A stretch of DNA of 42,932 bases. Origin: a virus. Taxonomy: Duplodnaviria > Caudoviricetes. Below the pieces are notes generated by a model. That model was not told the DNA's origin. It saw nothing but the letters and a program-made list of their open reading frames with translations, and did not search any database. The stretch spans positions 1 through 42,932 of IMG/VR virus record IMGVR_UViG_3300049228_000074; one strand, written 5' to 3'. A program made the position numbers and the translations under genes. Below are positions 27,347 through 35,545 of the stretch, piece by piece (positions within the stretch are counted from its first letter, which is position 1; each line of letters begins with the position of its first letter).

Positions 27347-28207
27347 TCAACATCGCATCATCAACACCCTCAATTCCTGTGACGCTTTGAAAACTCCCAC
27401 TTCGCGCGCGTGGTCGTTGAAATCGTATCCAAGCTTTCCAGCACTCCAAAAAGGCAAACCGGTTTCCGTGGCAATCTTGACGCCCATCCCGCCGTCGAGC
27501 GGCGCTACAGGGCTCGGGTGATCGAAGTCTGCCACCACAAAGCCCTGTTTCGCCACGCGCAACAGATTGGCTGCGCTGAAACAAATTACCAGCCGGTAGC
27601 GGGTTTTTAGGGCCTGTAATGCCGCCCTGACGGAAAGCCCGGTTGCGTATCCTTCACAGTACCATGACGGGCCCTTGTTGTCGATGACATAGGTTGCACC
27701 ACTGGTGCGCTGGCCAAACAGAAACCGTTTTTCGAATCCAGGTTGGTCGCTGATCGTCTGCGCCCCCACAAGTTGCCCGTCAATCCGCATGGGCACCACC
27801 ATTTTTCGGTCTCCTGCTTTTTCGTCGATCCAAACATTGACGCACTCTTTTGGGAAGCCTTTTGATTCCAGATAGGCGTGGGGCTCCTGCTCACACTGAT
27901 GCATGATCCAAGCTGCGCGCTTGGCTGCGGCCTCCTGACCCCTGCGGATTTCATTTGCCGCCTCCTGCGCCCGTCTGGCTATGCCTGCGTGGTCAATTTT
28001 GGCCAACTCTGTTTCTGTTGGAGTCCAAAGTATCGGCTCAATGTGTTGTGCATGGTCTTGAATGTGGCCGTGGGTTCCGCAGTACCGGTATGCCCCGTTC
28101 TTTTTCTTTGGGTGCGTTTCGGTCGGCACGCGGTGCCACTTCCCATCATCCTGCAATCGGCTGATGTTGATACCGTGGGCTTGGGCAAAGTCCTGAAAGT
28201 GCATCAT
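27347..28207 (-). CDS. Toprim-domain DNA primase
   Basis: DGKWHRVPT...NGAY N-domain, HAYLESKG, CEGYATGLS, VAD.D, DFND. Confidence 0.82.
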   Translation of the reverse strand: MMHFQDFAQAHGINISRLQDDGKWHRVPTETHPKKKNGAYRYCGTHGHIQDHAQHIEPILWTPTETELAKIDHAGIARRAQEAANEIRRGQEAAAKRAAWIMHQCEQEPHAYLESKGFPKECVNVWIDEKAGDRKMVVPMRIDGQLVGAQTISDQPGFEKRFLFGQRTSGATYVIDNKGPSWYCEGYATGLSVRAALQALKTRYRLVICFSAANLLRVAKQGFVVADFDHPSPVAPLDGGMGVKIATETGLPFWSAGKLGYDFNDHAREVGVFKASQELRVLMMRC

Positions 28208-29667
28208 GCAGCCTTGCTCTTTGCCCATGCAATGCGCCTTGAGGTTTCCCACTTGGCAACCTCGATTGAAACCGGGGTGGCAACGTCATTCATTCCGCGC
28301 GGCCACACGCCAAATTTCTCTTTGTACTTGTGCGATAACCAGCCGTCAGAATACCCGCGTGCCTGCTGCAAAGTTTTCAGCTCGCTGTACCACCGCTGCT
28401 TGTCTTCCTTTTTCGCCGCGCCCTTGAGTTCTTCCATTTCGCCGGGAACGGCCTCGACAAGGCTCTGCATGGGCCTGTGGAATCCGCAACTCGCGCAATT
28501 GTCTGATCTGCCAATCCACAAAGCCCCGCAAGCCGGGCACTTCGCTTGCTTTTTCTCAATGTCTGTTTTTTCCTTTTTGGCCTTCTCTTTGCCGTCCTTG
28601 AGTTCGGTTACGCCATCGTGGTAAAGATCATCCCAATCCTCGCGGAACCGCAGGTAATTGCCAGAGTGGTCAAGCCAAACCGCAAACTCTTTTGATGGGT
28701 GGGAGCGCATCACGCGGCCCATTTGTTGAACGTGACTCATGAACGATTTGGTGAACGGCCTGGCGCTCACGCCAATGCACACGTCTGCAACGTCAAAGCC
28801 CTTGGTCAAGATGTCGCAGGCGATCAGCCCATGGATGGCGGTGTCTGGCTTGGCAAAGTCTGCAACCGCATCGGCTTTGAATTCGTCAGAGTCCTTGTAG
28901 CTGATGGCCACAAAGTTGTACCCGGCCTCGGCAAATTTTTGCGCAAGGTCGGCGCCATGGGCCACGTTCGAGCAAAACACAACCGTCTTTTTTGGCCCGC
29001 CGTAAATCTCGGTAGTTTTTTTCACCCACTCGGCCACCACGTCACCGGTGATTTTCATGCCGCGCTCGGCAGCATCGCCTTGAGCCCATTCGCCGGCAAC
29101 TTTCTTTGCCCCGGCCATGTCGATTTCTTTGGCAATGAACACGCGAAGCGGTACGAGTCTTTTGGCCTGCACCAGCTTTTCTGTTGTCGTCGCAGATACC
29201 ACTTTGGTGTAGGTCTTGCCCATCCCATCCGCAAAGGGAGAGGCTGACAGGCCAATGACCCGAATGTCGGTGTTGTTGCGCACAAACTCAGTGGTCTGTT
29301 TGCGTTGCGCATGGCATTCGTCAATGATGGCCAGATTCAACCCCGGAAACGATCCGCGTTTTTCCAAGGTTTGGGCGCTGCACACCTGGATGCGCTCATA
29401 GGGCCTGTGTCTCCAGTGCCCCGCTTGCATCACGCCATGGTCGATGCTGTATTTTTGCAATCGTTCGCTGGTCTGGTTGCACAACACGATGCGATCCAAC
29501 ACCATCGCGGCTCGCTTGTAATTCTTTGAAGTCGCGTCCAGCATCGAAATGGCGCACTCTGTCTTGCCTGCCCCGGTGGGGGCGTAGAGCAAAACCGAAC
29601 GGTGCCCCTCGCGGAAGGCTTCTCTCACTTTGTTTAAAACCTCTTCTTGATCGTCGAACAGTTTCAT
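28204..29667 (-). CDS. Superfamily 2 DExH helicase with C-terminal zinc finger
   Basis: APTGAGKT, DECH, LTKGFD, QQMGRVMR, CPAC...CASCG. Confidence 0.9.
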   Translation of the reverse strand: MKLFDDQEEVLNKVREAFREGHRSVLLYAPTGAGKTECAISMLDATSKNYKRAAMVLDRIVLCNQTSERLQKYSIDHGVMQAGHWRHRPYERIQVCSAQTLEKRGSFPGLNLAIIDECHAQRKQTTEFVRNNTDIRVIGLSASPFADGMGKTYTKVVSATTTEKLVQAKRLVPLRVFIAKEIDMAGAKKVAGEWAQGDAAERGMKITGDVVAEWVKKTTEIYGGPKKTVVFCSNVAHGADLAQKFAEAGYNFVAISYKDSDEFKADAVADFAKPDTAIHGLIACDILTKGFDVADVCIGVSARPFTKSFMSHVQQMGRVMRSHPSKEFAVWLDHSGNYLRFREDWDDLYHDGVTELKDGKEKAKKEKTDIEKKQAKCPACGALWIGRSDNCASCGFHRPMQSLVEAVPGEMEELKGAAKKEDKQRWYSELKTLQQARGYSDGWLSHKYKEKFGVWPRGMNDVATPVSIEVAKWETSRRIAWAKSKAA

Positions 29668-29711
29668 ATTTACCCCAAAATGCCACCATTTAGGCCGGTG
29701 GTTTAGCCTTT

Positions 29712-30350
29712 TTAATCAGCATAGGACAAAAGATGCCCTTTCACTCTATTTCTATTCCCTTGGCAACATGCGGAAACATTGCCGGTGCTTGCGCCCACAA
29801 ATAACGCGGCATCTTTAACTGACCGTAATATCAACATTTCACCGGTCAATTCATTTATCAATCTAACGCAAACTCTTTGCGCTGCACACCATGAGTCATT
29901 TTTTCTTGTAGTTTCAACTCGCTTTCTCTGCGCTTCTGGCGTTAAAGCCAGCGCCCTATTTTTTGCCGTGGAGGCTTTAAATAAGACAGAATCTCGCCGA
30001 GATTCTGCGCTTGCCATGATGGCTTTTCTTGTGTGTGCTTTTTTCATCGCGGTAGCAAGATCATTTGTGCCGACACTGTTATACAGCCGCCCGTCGCAAT
30101 AAAAAGCATCAAGGAATTCTTGCTCTTTTTCAATCGCATCTGCGACTGATTCGCAAGCCACAAATCTTCTGAAATCAAACGATTCTTCACCACTTAAATT
30201 CCAAGCACGTTGCAAATAAGTGCAATGATGAATGCCTCGTCTTAATAAGCTCTTGTGATTTCGAAAGCGCTTCTCTGTGTCTTTGCTGTAGCCCAGATAG
30301 AATTTCTGAGTCATCCGATGAGTAATTGTGTAAACACTGATGTCAGTCAT
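29712..30350 (-). CDS. Free-standing GIY-YIG homing endonuclease with NUMOD1-like C-terminal HTH
   Basis: SVY...FYLGYS...KRFRNH...LQRAWN..G...F...EQ; C-terminal SVKDAA.FVG....NVSACC.G; AT-rich DNA. Confidence 0.82.
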   Translation of the reverse strand: MTDISVYTITHRMTQKFYLGYSKDTEKRFRNHKSLLRRGIHHCTYLQRAWNLSGEESFDFRRFVACESVADAIEKEQEFLDAFYCDGRLYNSVGTNDLATAMKKAHTRKAIMASAESRRDSVLFKASTAKNRALALTPEAQRKRVETTRKNDSWCAAQRVCVRLINELTGEMLILRSVKDAALFVGASTGNVSACCQGNRNRVKGHLLSYAD

Positions 30351-31137
30351 TTGCGCCCCGCAATTTTTTAAGTTGCCTTTGCTGGGATAGGCATTGCCGC
30401 TTAACCTCTGCCAATTCCCGCATGTAGCTGTCGCGCGAAGCCTTCACCGCATCAAGCTCGGCGGTCATGGTTTTGACTTGGGCTTGCAGGCTCTCAATCG
30501 TGTCTGCTGCAAGAGCTTTTTCTTCTGGCGTTCCATCCATTGCCGCCACAGCAAGGCGGGCATTCAGGCGGTCGTTTTCTTCGCTCAGAATGGCTACGGC
30601 GTCCTGGTCATCTTCTGGCTTTGGCGCTTGCTTCTTTTCAAAGTGGCCGCGCACTATTTTCCCGGCTTCTTCTGCGGTCAACGCTCCGTCACGCACGGGC
30701 TCAATCAGCCCTGCATTTTTTGCCGTTTTCACGTCTGTGATGGTGCGAACTTTGACCCCGGCTTCCTTTGCCATTTGGCCGTTCGTTTTTGGTAAGGTGG
30801 CAGCCACTGCCACCTTCTTTTGACGATGCGCTGGGTGCCATTCCGAGCAAGCCACTACAGCAGCAGCGCGTTGCGATGCCGTCAGGTGCCTGCGGTGGAG
30901 GTTTTGGCTTTTGACAAAAGCAACAGGGTCTTCGTCACTCTTGAAATTGAATTTTGTCGGAGGGGTCGCGGTGCGCAAACACGCTTGGTATCTGTGCCAC
31001 CCATCAAGAACCATGCCGTCAAAAATGATGATTGGTTCTCGCTGGCCATTGACCTCGATATCATCGACAAGGGCCTGAAAATCGTCCTCGCTCATCGCCG
31101 GAAAAGCGGCCGATAGCGGGTGTTGTTCAAGAGTCAT
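30343..31137 (-). CDS. ParB/Srx N-terminal domain protein with coiled-coil tail
   Basis: HPL...FPAM...F..LV.DI..NGQREPI....VLDGWHRY.AC, NLHRRHLT.SQRA. Confidence 0.75.
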   Translation of the reverse strand: MTLEQHPLSAAFPAMSEDDFQALVDDIEVNGQREPIIIFDGMVLDGWHRYQACLRTATPPTKFNFKSDEDPVAFVKSQNLHRRHLTASQRAAAVVACSEWHPAHRQKKVAVAATLPKTNGQMAKEAGVKVRTITDVKTAKNAGLIEPVRDGALTAEEAGKIVRGHFEKKQAPKPEDDQDAVAILSEENDRLNARLAVAAMDGTPEEKALAADTIESLQAQVKTMTAELDAVKASRDSYMRELAEVKRQCLSQQRQLKKLRGAND

Positions 31138-31232
31138 TTTGATCCAGTGCACCAGAAAAAGAACTAACGGCAGGCGCTGGTTTCGCTTTTCGCCAAGGGG
31201 ATCAATCCAAGGCTAGCCGGGTTCGTGGGCTG

Positions 31233-31260
31233 ATTCTACACAAAATCCACCGGCGCGCAA
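31233..31260 (-). promoter_or_regulatory. Sigma70-like promoter for the replication genes
   Basis: TTGCGC-16 bp-TAGAAT. Confidence 0.55.
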
Positions 31261-31265
31261 GTGGG

Positions 31266-32381
31266 TCACGCCGCCTCCAGTTCAAGGGAGGGCTGATGCC
31301 CCTGTCTCAAGGCGCTGTCAATGCGCGCGCGGGCAATCTCAACGTATTCGGCTTCGCGCTCGATGCCGATGAACCCGAACCCCTCCAACACGGCGCCCCG
31401 CCCCGTTGATCCACTGCCCATGAATGGATCAAGCACAATGCCGCCTGCGGGTGTCACCAGCCTGCAGAGCCAGCGCATCAGGTCGGTTAGCTTGACAGTG
31501 GTGTGATGGTTGGGTGAGCTTCGGTCGGTACCATCTGCCTGAAAGCTGCCGGGGTTCTTGGTGCCGCTTGACCAGTTCAATGGCTTGCGCTGGAAATGTT
31601 CAACACCGTCGTTGCGGTCTTTGCGGCTGGTTTTGGCGCAATAGAAGAATCGCGCTGCGCTGCCAGTGTCGTTGCGCGCCAGCGATGTAACCCGGCCCGC
31701 AAACGCACCATAGATGCCATTCGTCACGCCGCTGGGCTCGGTGCCGCGCACATCCCCCTGTTGCCCATTTGAATCGGGAAACCCGGCCAAAACCTCATCA
31801 CTGCCATCGTGGATCAGGTTGGCGGGCCAGCGGCCCAGGTCATGTGGCTGCGCCGGGGCGCTCCCGTCGCGTGTTTCGTGTTCGTGACGGCGCGGTAGCC
31901 CACCTTTTCCAGTGTTTGGCGCCATGGGCTCCGCTTCGATCCGGCACCCATCGATGTTCAAAGCGCCGGTACCATGCTCCCGCCAGTTGGCCTCAGCCGT
32001 GCCAATCAAGGGCTTGCGCGCCATGGTGATCGGCTCCATGGCCGGTTTGAGAGCGGTACCGCCCCACTCGCCATTCTTGGACTTGGGAAAACCCGAGCCG
32101 TACACCCAGGCCAGCATGTCGCGGATCTGGAAGCCGCCATCCTCAATGCCTGCAGCGATGCGGTGTTGGGTTCGGGTACCGCCAAACGACAGCAGGTAGC
32201 CGCCGGGTTTGAGCACGCGCAGGCATTCGGCCCACGCGGCAACGGTCGGCACGTCATAGTCCCATTTCTTGCCCATGAAGCTCAGGCCGTAGGGCGGGTC
32301 CGTCACGATGCTGTCAACGCTGTTTTCGGGCATGGCGCGCATCACTTCCAGGCAGTCGCCGTGATGGATTTCAGGCGTCAC
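31266..32381 (-). CDS. DNA N6-adenine/N4-cytosine methyltransferase (beta class)
   Basis: TDPPY near the N-terminus and LDPFMGSGST near the C-terminus. Confidence 0.88.
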   Translation of the reverse strand: MTPEIHHGDCLEVMRAMPENSVDSIVTDPPYGLSFMGKKWDYDVPTVAAWAECLRVLKPGGYLLSFGGTRTQHRIAAGIEDGGFQIRDMLAWVYGSGFPKSKNGEWGGTALKPAMEPITMARKPLIGTAEANWREHGTGALNIDGCRIEAEPMAPNTGKGGLPRRHEHETRDGSAPAQPHDLGRWPANLIHDGSDEVLAGFPDSNGQQGDVRGTEPSGVTNGIYGAFAGRVTSLARNDTGSAARFFYCAKTSRKDRNDGVEHFQRKPLNWSSGTKNPGSFQADGTDRSSPNHHTTVKLTDLMRWLCRLVTPAGGIVLDPFMGSGSTGRGAVLEGFGFIGIEREAEYVEIARARIDSALRQGHQPSLELEAA

Positions 32382-32674
32382 GCAGCCACCTCCGTCCTTT
32401 TGAACAGCGCCAGCGACCCACTCTCAAAAAAGTAGCAGTTCTCCGGGTTCTCAATCCGCGCCTGAATCTCACTCTCAAGCCGGGCCTTGTGCGCCGGGCT
32501 GCGCGATCTGATGGCCTCGTACATCGCTTCCTGCCAGCGTATGGCAGCGGGCCGGTCGCCCTCGGCAATGGCTTTTTGAATCTGCTTTCCACATTCGGTT
32601 ATGTGCAGGTCGAGCTGGTGCTCGACCCGGTCGTCTATGGGCTGGCCGTTGTGGAGTTGGGTGAGTTCGATCAT
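32378..32674 (-). CDS. Hypothetical protein
   Basis: 98 aa, overlapping both neighbours. Confidence 0.55.
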   Translation of the reverse strand: MIELTQLHNGQPIDDRVEHQLDLHITECGKQIQKAIAEGDRPAAIRWQEAMYEAIRSRSPAHKARLESEIQARIENPENCYFFESGSLALFKRTEVAA

Positions 32675-32994
32675 GGATTACCGTCCGCCCGAATACCGGT
32701 GTTTGGCCGCACTTGCACTGCGCGGTCGTCCCACAGCTCGACCATGCCAAAGTCCTTGACGTTGGTGACTTCCATGTCGCCAAAACCATGCTTACGGCAC
32801 CATTGCTGCACAAATGGTATCTGCTCTGGCACGGATGCTCGGGCGGTGAAAATCTTGACCTTCCAACCGTCAAGTTGCCATTGCAAAACACGCTCTCGCA
32901 TCAACGGCACGGGGTCGCCAATGCTTTCAGGCCCAAGCCACCCACCGTATTGGGCAAGCGTGCCGTCTAAATCAACGCCGATCCAGCCACTCAT
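32671..32994 (-). CDS. HAD-superfamily phosphatase-like protein
   Basis: IGVDLDGTLA, IFTAR, K, DDRA. Confidence 0.75.
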   Translation of the reverse strand: MSGWIGVDLDGTLAQYGGWLGPESIGDPVPLMRERVLQWQLDGWKVKIFTARASVPEQIPFVQQWCRKHGFGDMEVTNVKDFGMVELWDDRAVQVRPNTGIRADGNP

Positions 32995-33248
32995 CCCCGC
33001 CCCCTGATGCTCAAGTTCCGGTCACTGACCGCTTGGCTGTTGTAACCCAGGCTCGATTCAGGATTCACCCGCATCGCTTTTTTTTTCTGATCCGGCGTCT
33101 GTCCGGCCCGGTAACGATCCCGGCTCATGCGCCGATTGCGTTGCTTTGCGGTTTCCTGGACTGGCTCGGGCGAGTCAACGCGCCATTCGAAAGGGTTGCG
33201 GGTAGGCAGGCCGATAGCGGCCATATGGGCATCGTGGTCGAGTCTCAT
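32991..33248 (-). CDS. Basic hypothetical protein
   Basis: 85 aa, ATGA overlaps at both ends. Confidence 0.55.
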   Translation of the reverse strand: MRLDHDAHMAAIGLPTRNPFEWRVDSPEPVQETAKQRNRRMSRDRYRAGQTPDQKKKAMRVNPESSLGYNSQAVSDRNLSIRGRG

Positions 33249-33394
33249 TTTGCCGCCAGCTTCTTGTGCTCACGGTCAATGATGCGCTCCAGCCAGGCGC
33301 GGCCCTTGTTGATTTGCATCAGTTCTCGCAGCTTCTGCCAATGGCCGACACCCAGCCGCACGCCGCTTACTTTGGTTTCTGGTTTATGCTTCAT
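33245..33394 (-). CDS. Small ribbon-helix-helix-like regulator (Cro position; not in the ORF track)
   Basis: MKHKPETKVSGVRLGVGHWQKLRELMQINKGRAWLERIIDREHKKLAAK* (49 aa), first gene of the left arm. Confidence 0.6.
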   Translation of the reverse strand: MKHKPETKVSGVRLGVGHWQKLRELMQINKGRAWLERIIDREHKKLAAK

Positions 33395-33401
33395 GGGCGC
33401 A

Positions 33402-33484
33402 ATCGTATCACGATAAATTATTTTTGCAAATATTTATTTGTGACACAAAAACCGCTTGCATTGTGTTTTTGTCTGTGCTACAGT
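33402..33484. promoter_or_regulatory. Divergent early promoters with palindromic operators
   Basis: Left: TTGCAA-16 bp-TACGAT. Right: TTGCAT-17 bp-TACAGT. Both have an extended TGn. AT-rich, with three GT-N3-AC palindromes. Confidence 0.7.
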
Positions 33485-33623
33485 TATTCCAAGCCATCAA
33501 AAGCGAAACGACCCAGCCGAGCGATACGCGGCGAACCGACAGGATGCAGCAATGGGTCTAGGTGAAGTTCACCGATGCGGGTTGAGGGCAGAGAGTAATG
33601 TGTAGCAACAACAGGAGTAAATA

Positions 33624-33824
33624 ATGGTCAAAAAGAAAGCGGCGGCATCAGCACCCGCAACCACGGCGCTGGTGTTGCGCTGCTGCCGCAAAGACATGAC
33701 AAGCAAAAACGGCTTTACCTGGCCTGGTGTTGGCGGTATCGCCACGGCACCCGACTGGAAAGACAACAAAGACTGCGGCAACGGCCTGCACGGCTGGCTG
33801 CATTACCTTGGAGACGCCGCATGA
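33624..33824 (+). CDS. Short, probably truncated phage protein (DUF7666-like N-terminus)
   Basis: SD AGGAG; VLR....DMTS.NGF.WP......APDW....CGNGLHG, then ends abruptly. Confidence 0.55.
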   Translation: MVKKKAAASAPATTALVLRCCRKDMTSKNGFTWPGVGGIATAPDWKDNKDCGNGLHGWLHYLGDAA

Positions 33825-34225
33825 ACACCGACCCCGTTATCCACGCCGACGCGGTTGATGCCTACCACGCAGTCGTAGAACAGCTAGAAACAGCCTATGT
33901 CACCAAGATCATTGCATCGTGCCAACAACTTGACGCCAACGCCATTGCAGGTTTTGCGCCAATGACCACCGATTGGGAGCGGCAGGGCAGCAAGTCCTTT
34001 GCGCATGGCCAGCCAACACACAAGCGCGCGCAGACGCTCAGCGAGGTGCTGGCTGGCTCCTTGGTCGAACGCGGCCCCGGCCCAAGCATGACGAACGTGA
34101 TGCAGCTCTTCATCAAGCTGGCCTACAGCGCAGAGCCGCAGGCCGTGATGGCGCAACAGGCGCGGGACTTGCTGGGTGAAATGGCGCAGCAGGCGGCATC
34201 GAATGACGTGACAGTGGAGGACTGA
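33821..34225 (+). CDS. Hypothetical protein
   Basis: 134 aa, ATGA overlap. Confidence 0.55.
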   Translation: MNTDPVIHADAVDAYHAVVEQLETAYVTKIIASCQQLDANAIAGFAPMTTDWERQGSKSFAHGQPTHKRAQTLSEVLAGSLVERGPGPSMTNVMQLFIKLAYSAEPQAVMAQQARDLLGEMAQQAASNDVTVED

Positions 34226-34229
34226 TGCC

Positions 34230-34460
34230 ATGACCATCGCCGATAAATTCATACTTCTGGGGCTCGTGATTGGCTTCGCTGTCGGCATCGGCGGCTGGCT
34301 TATTGCCAAGGCCGTAATCGGCAAACTCAACGATGCCGAGACTCCGCCAATGGAGCGCCGCAAGACGCCCGAGCAGTTCCGCGCTTCGGGGCTGTCCGGG
34401 CTGTATTCCGGGCCTGAAAAAAGGCGCGACGTGCGGGATGTTTGGGGGGGTCAGGTATGA
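34230..34460 (+). CDS. Small membrane-anchored protein
   Basis: N-terminal hydrophobic segment FILLGLVIGFAVGIGGWLIA; SD GGAGG. Confidence 0.55.
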   Translation: MTIADKFILLGLVIGFAVGIGGWLIAKAVIGKLNDAETPPMERRKTPEQFRASGLSGLYSGPEKRRDVRDVWGGQV

Positions 34461-34648
34461 AATACGAATTTGTTCCGGGCGATGCAATCACTATCGCACC
34501 GGGTCGCACAGTCAAACGGATTCGCGGAACCATCGACGAGTTTCTCGCCAAGTCTGAAACTGAGCATGACGACCAGACGCACCTGGAATACCGGATGCTG
34601 ATTGAAGTCGCATACATGCGAATCACAAGGGCAAGGAGTGCCAAATGA
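34457..34648 (+). CDS. Small protein, apparently an internally deleted hexapeptide-repeat phage protein
   Basis: MKYEF...VKRIR joined directly to GTIDEFLAKS...H...EY. Confidence 0.45.
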   Translation: MKYEFVPGDAITIAPGRTVKRIRGTIDEFLAKSETEHDDQTHLEYRMLIEVAYMRITRARSAK

Positions 34649-34836
34649 GCCCCACAGCCGCCCGCCTGAAAGTCACCAGCACGGGCATAAAAATCGGCAT
34701 CGCCTACATGCCCCAGCAAAGGCCAGTCCACGGTGAATCCGCCGTGCAGATCCAATCTGCCCTACTGGAGCCGCGCACTGCGAAGCCGCTGCCCTTGCTC
34801 TTGCGGATTTTTGGGAGAGTTTGGAAATGGCTATGA
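34645..34836 (+). CDS. Small hypothetical protein
   Basis: 63 aa, T.TGIKIG.AY.P motif, ATGA overlaps. Confidence 0.55.
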   Translation: MSPTAARLKVTSTGIKIGIAYMPQQRPVHGESAVQIQSALLEPRTAKPLPLLLRIFGRVWKWL

Positions 34837-35444
34837 AAGAGCGCCCAATTTTGTTCAACGGCGTAATGGTGCGGGCAATCCTTGATGGCAACAAGACGCA
34901 GACGCGACGGGTTGTGAAGCCACAGCCTCATTTTTTCGGGTCTATGACGAACCCGAACCAGCCATTTAAAACTTTGGATTTTGGTTTGCACTGCCCAATT
35001 CTCTGCCCATACGGCCAGCCCGGCGACCGGCTTTGGGTGCGGGAGACGTGGCTTGAAGCCGATGCCCCGCGCCAACCGGATGGCCATGGTAAGGCGATTT
35101 ACGCTGCGGACTATGCCGATGCCGAACGGCCCAAAACCCGCTGGACGCCCAGCATCCACATGCCCCGCTGGGCCAGCCGCATCACCCTCGAAGTCACCGG
35201 CGTGCGCGTGGAGCGGTTGCAGGACATCAGTGAGGCGGATGCGAAGGCCGAGGGCAGCTATCTGGGCCGCTGCGCCTGCATGTCACGTCACGCTGACAAG
35301 ACCCCGATGGACATGATGTTCAACCAAACCGGATGCCACATTCACGGCACCGAATTTAAAGCCCTTTGGAAAGACATCAACGGCGCCGATTCTTGGAATG
35401 CGAACCCCTGGGTCTGGGTCATTGAATTCCGGAGGCTCCCATGA
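34833..35444 (+). CDS. ASCH/PUA-like phage protein
   Basis: MKERPILF...MVRAILDG.KTQTRR, CPYGQPGDRLWVRETW, WTPSIHMPRWASRITLEVT.VRVERLQDISE.DA.AEG, NPWVWVIEF. Confidence 0.75.
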   Translation: MKERPILFNGVMVRAILDGNKTQTRRVVKPQPHFFGSMTNPNQPFKTLDFGLHCPILCPYGQPGDRLWVRETWLEADAPRQPDGHGKAIYAADYADAERPKTRWTPSIHMPRWASRITLEVTGVRVERLQDISEADAKAEGSYLGRCACMSRHADKTPMDMMFNQTGCHIHGTEFKALWKDINGADSWNANPWVWVIEFRRLP

Positions 35445-35545
35445 ACTGGCCCGCCATCCAAGTCCGCGCCATCTGGTTCGGCGTGGGCCTTGCAACCGCT
35501 TTTTCAACCATGGCCGCTTTGTTCGGCCAGAAAGGATTCCTGTGA
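35441..35545 (+). CDS. 34-aa hydrophobic peptide (not in the ORF track)
   Basis: MNWPAIQVRAIWFGVGLATAFSTMAALFGQKGFL*, SD GGAGG, fills the gap with overlaps at both ends. Confidence 0.5.
   Translation: MNWPAIQVRAIWFGVGLATAFSTMAALFGQKGFL

Noticed and set aside
29668-29720. Stop read-through or -1 frameshift fusing the GIY-YIG gene to the helicase via the pseudoknot
   Set aside because: A second in-frame stop follows (TAA AAA GGC TAA) and there is no slippery heptamer at the right distance
30343-31137. Plasmid-prophage partition system
   Set aside because: Only a ParB/Srx N-domain is present, with no ParA or centromere array; the gene sits in the helicase-primase module
414-32435. Long plus-strand ORFs (e.g. 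414..1355, 1473..2381, 19566..20942, 21679..22422)
   Set aside because: Antisense shadows of well-supported minus-strand genes in GC-rich DNA, with no recognisable motifs
34441-34455. TGGGGGGGTCAGG resembling the end of the P2 box
   Set aside because: Lacks the AAACCCTAG part; lies inside a coding region and doubles as the SD of the next gene
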